A DNA stretch of 64,000 nucleotides, taken from NCBI GenBank assembly GCA_023474425.1, contig JAMCXX010000002.1, positions 68,217-132,216 on the forward strand, read 5' to 3'. The DNA is from Patescibacteria group bacterium. Lineage in GTDB: Bacteria > Patescibacteriota > WWE3 > JAMCXX01. The stretch's first letter is position 1. Every line of letters starts with the position of its first letter. Shown here piece by piece: positions 58,478 through 64,000 of this stretch. Under the pieces are notes generated by a model, which was not told the origin of the DNA, ran no database searches, and worked only from the letters and a program-made list of their open reading frames with translations. The translations under genes and the position numbers were made by a program.

Positions 58478-60059
58478 TCCTTAAAATTAATCCCACGAGC
58501 CGCTTTCCCTCATGTAAACCTAAGTAATAGCAAGTCAGCAAATAGGTTAAACCGCCAACCAAGAGAGCTGTGCCGGTTAGAATAATAAGATTCAAAGAAT
58601 AGCGGGTGTCGAATATGGCAAGTCTTTGGTCAAAGAATTTGAGGGTGACCAGAGTAATTAACCCCGAAAGAATTGCTCCCAAAATCATTTTTCCCAACGG
58701 CATTAAAAATTCCGGCCTTAAGAGCTGGGGAAACTTGCGCCATAAAACCAAAAACATAAACAGAAAATCTATTAGGGAAATAATTGAAAAAGACAGACCA
58801 AGACTCCAGACGCCGAAGTGAAAAACTCTTAAGAAAATCAACGAAGCTAAGACCCCGACCAGGAGTGAGATCAAGGCCGAAGCCAGTGGGGTTTTGCTGT
58901 CCTTGTAAGCAAAGAAGGCCCGTGAAAGAAGTGATGTATGGGTTTCGAAAAACATGCCTAAGGCCAGGAAGGAGAGGGTATTAGCTGTCAGAACGGTTGC
59001 CTCCAAATCAAAGCTTTTGGCGCCAAAAAAAATTCGGACAAAGGGAATTCTTAAAACGATAAAAAATCCGACCGCCGGCAGTATTAGAAACGAGATATAG
59101 TTAAAAACCTTCCTGAAAGTTTTTAAAAAATCGGCGGAGCTTTCGGCATTTTGGGATAGAGTCGCGAAACTGGCCTGCGAAAAAGTGGAGCCGAAAAGAA
59201 CCACCGGAATAAGCATAAGCCTTTGGGCAAAACTAAAAATAACCACTGAAGAAGCCGAGAGACTAAGCGAAAGAGTGGTAAAGATAACCAGACCCAGTTG
59301 GTCAACCGTCAGACTCAAAGACCGGGGTACAAACATTCGACCAATCTCGGCCACCAGACTGTCCTTTAAGTTTATGCGGGGCAAGTAGCGGAAGCCGACC
59401 GAAAAAAGCGCCGGCAGCTGAACCAAAAAATGGCAGGCCGCCCCCAAAACCGTGCCCCAGGCTGCCGCCATAATCCCCAAGCGGTGGTAAGTCAGAAGAG
59501 TAAAAACAATAATTACCAGATTGTAGACAACCGGTGGCAGACCAACAATGGTAAAACGATTAAAACTCTGCAGGACACCGGAAGCGAAGGCGCTTAAAAT
59601 AAAAAAGAGCTGGGCCAAAAAAAGCACGCGGGTACACTGGTCCAATAGATTCATCTCCAAAGGTGAGAGATTACCGCCTAAAGAAATCAAACCCGAGATC
59701 GGACGGGAAAAAGGAAAGAAAACCAGTGAGACCAAAACAAAAATTACCAGGGATAAATTAAACAGCGTGGCCGTAATCTCAAAAGCTCTATTTTCTTTAT
59801 TTTGAGACAGAAGCCGGGAAAAAATCGGCACAAAAGAAGCCGAGAGAGCGCCCACGGCCAAGACGCTAAAGACGAGGTTCGGAATCCGGTCCGAAGCCAT
59901 AAAAACGCCCAGGTCGCTCGAAGCCCCGCTAAAAAGTTGGGCAAAAATGCGCAGTTTTAAAACACCCAAAAGATTGGCCAGAAGAAGGGAAATCATTAAA
60001 ACTACGGCGGCCGAGATCGGGGAACTTTCCACCCGATCAAAGATATTTTTAATCTTCAT
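58431..60059 (-). CDS. murJ: Lipid II flippase MurJ (MviN)
   Basis: RIPN, GALSASFVPIF, GVLQS..RF, P..YN, RAFFAYKDSKTP; many TMs. Confidence 0.93.
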   Translation of the reverse strand: MKIKNIFDRVESSPISAAVVLMISLLLANLLGVLKLRIFAQLFSGASSDLGVFMASDRIPNLVFSVLAVGALSASFVPIFSRLLSQNKENRAFEITATLFNLSLVIFVLVSLVFFPFSRPISGLISLGGNLSPLEMNLLDQCTRVLFLAQLFFILSAFASGVLQSFNRFTIVGLPPVVYNLVIIVFTLLTYHRLGIMAAAWGTVLGAACHFLVQLPALFSVGFRYLPRINLKDSLVAEIGRMFVPRSLSLTVDQLGLVIFTTLSLSLSASSVVIFSFAQRLMLIPVVLFGSTFSQASFATLSQNAESSADFLKTFRKVFNYISFLILPAVGFFIVLRIPFVRIFFGAKSFDLEATVLTANTLSFLALGMFFETHTSLLSRAFFAYKDSKTPLASALISLLVGVLASLIFLRVFHFGVWSLGLSFSIISLIDFLFMFLVLWRKFPQLLRPEFLMPLGKMILGAILSGLITLVTLKFFDQRLAIFDTRYSLNLIILTGTALLVGGLTYLLTCYYLGLHEGKRLVGLILRIRGFGPTFLGELFQE

Positions 60060-60155
60060 AAAAACTCTCCTTGAAATATAACAGATTATTCGCACAAAAT
60101 AACCTTTGCTCAGCATAAATTTGTTTCGGAAATAAAAATCCTGTAAGATAAGGGC

Positions 60156-60377
60156 ATGCCAAACTTAGCTTCGGCCAAGAAAAATTTAAGAAAATCGCGA
60201 AAAACCGCCGGCGGCAACCTTAAGTTTCTTAAAAGCCTAAAAAATTTGGAAAAAGATCCCGACGCCAATCACCAAAAAATTCAGTCACTGCTCGACAAAG
60301 CCGTAAAAAAAGGAATTTTCCACCGAAACAAGGCGTCCCGTCTAAAATCAAAACTATTTAAAAAGCGGTCGGGCTAG
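60156..60377 (+). CDS. rpsT: 30S ribosomal protein S20
   Basis: MPNLASAKKNLR, LDKAVKKGIFHRNKASRLKSKL. Confidence 0.95.
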   Translation: MPNLASAKKNLRKSRKTAGGNLKFLKSLKNLEKDPDANHQKIQSLLDKAVKKGIFHRNKASRLKSKLFKKRSG

Positions 60378-60420
60378 TTAGGCGCCCCGCCGCTCACCCG
60401 CCCGACGCTAAAAGCCCTAC

Positions 60421-60954
60421 ATGAAAGAAGGAATCAACCTCGCCAGTTCCTACATTAAACAGAGTCCCCGGGAATTCATTCCGGAAGAAAAGGTCCGCCC
60501 ACCGCTACCCTTTATCCTTCTCCTTGTCTCGACGGCCTTACTCGGTTTGGTCTGTCTTCTAATACTTCTAACGCTTCAGGAAAACGAATTAAGAACGCAA
60601 AAGCAACTGAACCAAACTCTTAAAAGCCTGTCAGATGAAGAAAAACAAGTAAATCTTGTTCTGGAAGTCCAGACCAACCTAAATGGTTTGCAAAACCGCA
60701 AGGCTAGCCTGACTGAGACCGTTGACAACGTTCTCAAAGAAATTCCCGACGATACCCAGCTCACAGACCTCACTGTGTCTCCAAAAAGCGTAAGTCTCTC
60801 GGCTGAAACTCCAAGCGGGGCTTCGTTTGCGCGTCTGATTGATGGTCTGCTCAAATCAAAGGTCTTTAAGGAAATTCTGCTGACCGGCAGCCGTTTTGAC
60901 CAGAAAGCCGGCTTATTTTCTTTTAATCTTATATGTCAAATAACACCTCTCTAA
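60421..60954 (+). CDS. PilN-like type IV pilus alignment protein
   Basis: INL N-terminal motif, TM, coiled coil, IPDDTQLTDL, F.EI.L, F.L.C ferredoxin-like end. Confidence 0.72.
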   Translation: MKEGINLASSYIKQSPREFIPEEKVRPPLPFILLLVSTALLGLVCLLILLTLQENELRTQKQLNQTLKSLSDEEKQVNLVLEVQTNLNGLQNRKASLTETVDNVLKEIPDDTQLTDLTVSPKSVSLSAETPSGASFARLIDGLLKSKVFKEILLTGSRFDQKAGLFSFNLICQITPL

Positions 60955-61538
60955 TTACCCAAATAATTCATCCTGTAGAACGCCGTTTACGACCGTTTCT
61001 TGAAGATACGTCCTACCGAAAGCTTCGAGGAATGGTAATTCGTGACACACTCCTTGCTACGGAAGCGGTCCTCATAATTTTAATCGGGCAAAACTTTTGG
61101 ATGGGACTAAACCGCCTGCTGTCACTGCGGCAGGAAAATAACACCATCCAGGCGAGAATTAATCTTATTCAAAGCAACTTCCAAACCTTACAAAAGTCTC
61201 CGTCGGACGTTAATGATATACTTGATTCGCTGCCGGACATATCCCAAAACCACAATCTTCTGGATAAATTCGAAACTTTAGCCAGTCAAAATGGAGTCAG
61301 TCTGCTTTCTATAAGCTACGCCGACACATCGAACGTCGGAGGTAGTTTAATTATACAACCTGTCAAGATTAACCTCTCGGGCACCTTTGAGCGGACCCTA
61401 AACTTCATTAGGTCAGCGGAATCCGGAAACCAGCCGATGACGGCCGAACATCTACAATTCTCCTCACCGTCCGTGAGCTCAAACCGGATAAACGTTCAAA
61501 CGGAAGTCAACTTACAAATCTTTTACTCCAAAAATTAA
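60933..61538 (+). CDS. PilO-like type IV pilus alignment protein
   Basis: TM, coiled coil, SLP, LASQNGV.L.SI, PVKINLSGTF..F; follows the PilN-like gene. Confidence 0.72.
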   Translation: MSNNTSLITQIIHPVERRLRPFLEDTSYRKLRGMVIRDTLLATEAVLIILIGQNFWMGLNRLLSLRQENNTIQARINLIQSNFQTLQKSPSDVNDILDSLPDISQNHNLLDKFETLASQNGVSLLSISYADTSNVGGSLIIQPVKINLSGTFERTLNFIRSAESGNQPMTAEHLQFSSPSVSSNRINVQTEVNLQIFYSKN

Positions 61539-62185
61539 TCAGCAAGGACTGTGTTTACCAAATATTTTTGGCTTTTAAAGCCCGGCGGGTAGCAGGTGAG
61601 CAGAGTTAAACGCGGCTTAACCGAGCGGAAATCGGAAATAATTGCGCTATTATCTATAATACCGTAGTTCTCCACCCGAAAAACAAGTCGCAGACTGCCG
61701 CTGTCAATTTGAAGAAGGTCCCCACGTCTAAGCTCGTCCAGACGGGTGAAAATAGTTTGAAAATTGTTTGGATTAAACAAAAATGGCAGCGAGGAATGAC
61801 CGAATATAACGCTATCACCACGCTGGCCCGGTAGGGGCGTGCCCTTAAGATGGGCCAAAGATTGCGAGAGGGCGTTCAGGTATTCCGGCCGCTGGTTGTC
61901 TACTGGAACTTCGGCTGTAACCTGGGCCCTTACGATTCCCAGCTTCTGAATAGTTAAATAAAAGCTTTTATCGGAGACTGAAGGTTTTTCCTTAAGCCCG
62001 GAAAAAATTGGCCCTACCGTCGGCCGACTAACGTCGGCGTTAGGCTCATCAATAAAATCCCGGGGGTCGAGCTTTGGTTTACCGATTAATCGTGAATAGG
62101 GTAAAACGAATACAACCGCAACAGTGACCGCCGAAAAAAAAATCAGCAGCAAACCCAAATTAAAAAAAATTCTAGTGTGTCTCAT
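61535..62185 (-). CDS. Sortase
   Basis: N-terminal TM, HLKGTPLPG..G.SVIFGHSS, F..L..L..GD, LTLLTCYPPG. Confidence 0.9.
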   Translation of the reverse strand: MRHTRIFFNLGLLLIFFSAVTVAVVFVLPYSRLIGKPKLDPRDFIDEPNADVSRPTVGPIFSGLKEKPSVSDKSFYLTIQKLGIVRAQVTAEVPVDNQRPEYLNALSQSLAHLKGTPLPGQRGDSVIFGHSSLPFLFNPNNFQTIFTRLDELRRGDLLQIDSGSLRLVFRVENYGIIDNSAIISDFRSVKPRLTLLTCYPPGFKSQKYLVNTVLAD

Positions 62186-62858
62186 AAATCAGGCAAAGAG
62201 CGCTTATAAAGTCAATCGTTTCCGTTTTGAGGCGAACTTCCAAATCGACTAATTCTTTATAAAGACAAAATATAGATTCTTGGGAAAAACGCCTTGTCTC
62301 TTTCTCGGCCAAACGGCGGGAAAACGGCGGAAGTTTTTTTAGACTCTCACAGCCAAGATCCGCCCATACAATCTGGCGAACACGGCGGATTAACATTTGG
62401 GCAAGGAAAATATGATCTCCTGTATCGACGGAAAATCCAATTAGCTTATTAAAGAATTTTGTTTTTGCATCTCCCCGTTTAGGGTCGGCAAAGAACAAAT
62501 CAACTAAGGCAAAGACTTCCTTAGACTGCTTAGAAACAATTTCCTGAAAGCCGGACTTTTTCGCCAAACTTAACCAAACCTGATTTGGAGTGAGCTCCAG
62601 GCCTAGCCAAACAACAACGTCCGTCTCCTTCGGAATCTTTTGTAAAAGACCAAAAAAAGGCTCCGGTTCAATCTTTTTAAATTGCCGGCGGTCAAAAACT
62701 TCTACCACATACAATCCCGGACTATCAAATAGTCTAACATTGAGCTGCGGCAACTGCGGGTCCAGATACATGACCTGATCGGGAGGAAAACGCTGTTTTA
62801 TGCTGTCCAGATTCCGGCGACTGCGTCCAACATCCTCTCCATGCAATATATACTTCAT
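62172..62858 (-). CDS. holA: DNA polymerase III delta subunit HolA-like (reduced)
   Basis: YILHGED, VFALVD, LPPF, L.DLE..LKT; near rpsT. Confidence 0.6.
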   Translation of the reverse strand: MKYILHGEDVGRSRRNLDSIKQRFPPDQVMYLDPQLPQLNVRLFDSPGLYVVEVFDRRQFKKIEPEPFFGLLQKIPKETDVVVWLGLELTPNQVWLSLAKKSGFQEIVSKQSKEVFALVDLFFADPKRGDAKTKFFNKLIGFSVDTGDHIFLAQMLIRRVRQIVWADLGCESLKKLPPFSRRLAEKETRRFSQESIFCLYKELVDLEVRLKTETIDFISALCLIYETH

Positions 62859-62882
62859 ACGGAAAACTGGAAAAAATTAAAT

Positions 62883-63563
62883 TTAAGCCAAAATGATCTC
62901 CGCCATTTTTTTCGCGTCCAGACTAAGGTGGCCAATCAACACTCCGCTAATCTCGGGAGATTTAAAAATTTCTTCTACGTTATTCTCGCTGACGCTGCCT
63001 CCATAAACGAAAGAGAAGGGCCGATTCGCCAATATTTTCCGGGCAACACGATAAAAATCCAAGATTCGTGCCGTCTCTTGAGCTACCTCCCCACCAATAA
63101 AACCGGGGGGTTCAAACGCCAAAGAAAATGATGAAAGCCCGTCGGGCAAATCTAAACTCCGCAGTTCCGACTCGCCGCCGACGCAAACAATCGGTGTCAG
63201 GCTATTCTGATAACAAGCCAAAATTTTCCGGTTAATAACCGTCGGGGTTTCTCCTTCTTCGCGCCGGCGTTCTGAGTGCCCAACCAGAGCAAAATGGGCA
63301 AAAGAAGAAATTTGGCGTGCCGAGATTTCACCGGTGTGGGCGCCGTCCAAAAAGGCGGAAACGTCTTGGGCTCCCAGTTGAATTCCGGGAGACGAAGAAA
63401 GTCTTTCGTAAAGCTGCGGCAGAAAAACGGACGGAGGAAAGATGACAACACGCTGTTTAGACAGGTCACATCCAACCAGAAACTTCTGAAGCTCATCAAT
63501 ATAGGCCAATGATTCGTTGAGTGTTTTATTTTCCTTCCAATTGGCAAAATAAAATCTTTCCAT
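62883..63563 (-). CDS. tpiA: Triosephosphate isomerase
   Basis: ANWK, GAHTGE, GHSERR, AFEP, YGGSV. Confidence 0.93.
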   Translation of the reverse strand: MERFYFANWKENKTLNESLAYIDELQKFLVGCDLSKQRVVIFPPSVFLPQLYERLSSSPGIQLGAQDVSAFLDGAHTGEISARQISSFAHFALVGHSERRREEGETPTVINRKILACYQNSLTPIVCVGGESELRSLDLPDGLSSFSLAFEPPGFIGGEVAQETARILDFYRVARKILANRPFSFVYGGSVSENNVEEIFKSPEISGVLIGHLSLDAKKMAEIILA

Positions 63564-63565
63564 AA

Positions 63566-64000
63566 CTAAAACTGAGCCCGGAGCTCGGCAACCATCTTTT
63601 CTAATCCCTCTAAATCTTCATGCAAAAACGGGTAACCAAGGCTATTAAGACAGGCGAAGGCTAAAGGAACGTTTTCGTAAATATTTTTAGCAAAACCACA
63701 GGTAACCAGGCAGTGAGATAAAACTAATTCGGGGCGTTCTTCGGTTTCCTTAGAAAAATTACAGCCGGCCGGGCAAAGAGCGCAAGACGGCTGGTTACTG
63801 TAAGAAACTTCCAAATCGCGGCCGCGTTCAAGAATCTCCCGGCAGAGTTCCGAATAATCCTTTTCTTTGGCGATGTTTAAGGTTCGGTCGGCCGAGACCA
63901 CTAAACCTAGGAGGTTCCGGCGATAAAGTCGACGCCCGATTTCGTCGTGTAGCTTAAAATAATTGTCGGCCAGACTTCCACCATCAGTAAAAGCGAGAAA
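63566..64000 (-). CDS. Hypothetical Cys-rich protein (5' end outside window)
   Basis: Frame is open from 64000; CALCPAGC and HCLVTC clusters. Confidence 0.55.
   Translation of the reverse strand, partial: FLAFTDGGSLADNYFKLHDEIGRRLYRRNLLGLVVSADRTLNIAKEKDYSELCREILERGRDLEVSYSNQPSCALCPAGCNFSKETEERPELVLSHCLVTCGFAKNIYENVPLAFACLNSLGYPFLHEDLEGLEKMVAELRAQF

Noticed and set aside
553..63547. Numerous 60-255 aa ORFs overlapping housekeeping genes (e.g. 11105-11860, 47262-48029, 53762-54502)
   Set aside because: Antisense or off-frame shadows of well-supported genes, with no motifs of their own.

Overview
Housekeeping-rich window from a streamlined bacterium with the hallmarks of Patescibacteria (CPR), probably Microgenomates/WWE3-like. 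The taxonomy is inferred from gene content: no L30 in the spc block, short AlaS and IF2, an ATPase-only Lon, an FtsA-like plus baseplate-J-like gene pair and a sortase. Most genes are on the minus strand: rpoB-rpoC-str-S10-spc-secY (1-21250), alaS-ftsA-like-baseplateJ-like-ruvX-PHP-mltG, pyrG, nusA-infB-rpsO-pnp-lon'-udg-rnj-ftsK-rodZ, lepA-hrcA-grpE-dnaK-dnaJ, murJ, sortase, holA and tpiA. The most unusual structure is at 29186-29720. There the two ends of a disrupted tRNA-Cys enclose a GIY-YIG nuclease gene and a second, intact tRNA-Cys, with a related double-hairpin element at each of three junctions. Other notable signals: (1) a duplicated ~110-160 nt structured intergenic element; (2) several families of miniature palindromic and tandem repeats that also sit in-frame inside PyrG, LepA, DnaK and L22; (3) an EF-G with paired substitutions at its monovalent-cation site; (4) a zinc-finger-less DnaJ next to a stand-alone 4xCxxC protein; (5) an internally deleted L3; (6) S12 substitutions at both classic streptomycin positions; (7) many apparently leaderless promoters. 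All calls were made by eye from motifs; no searches or folding programs were run.
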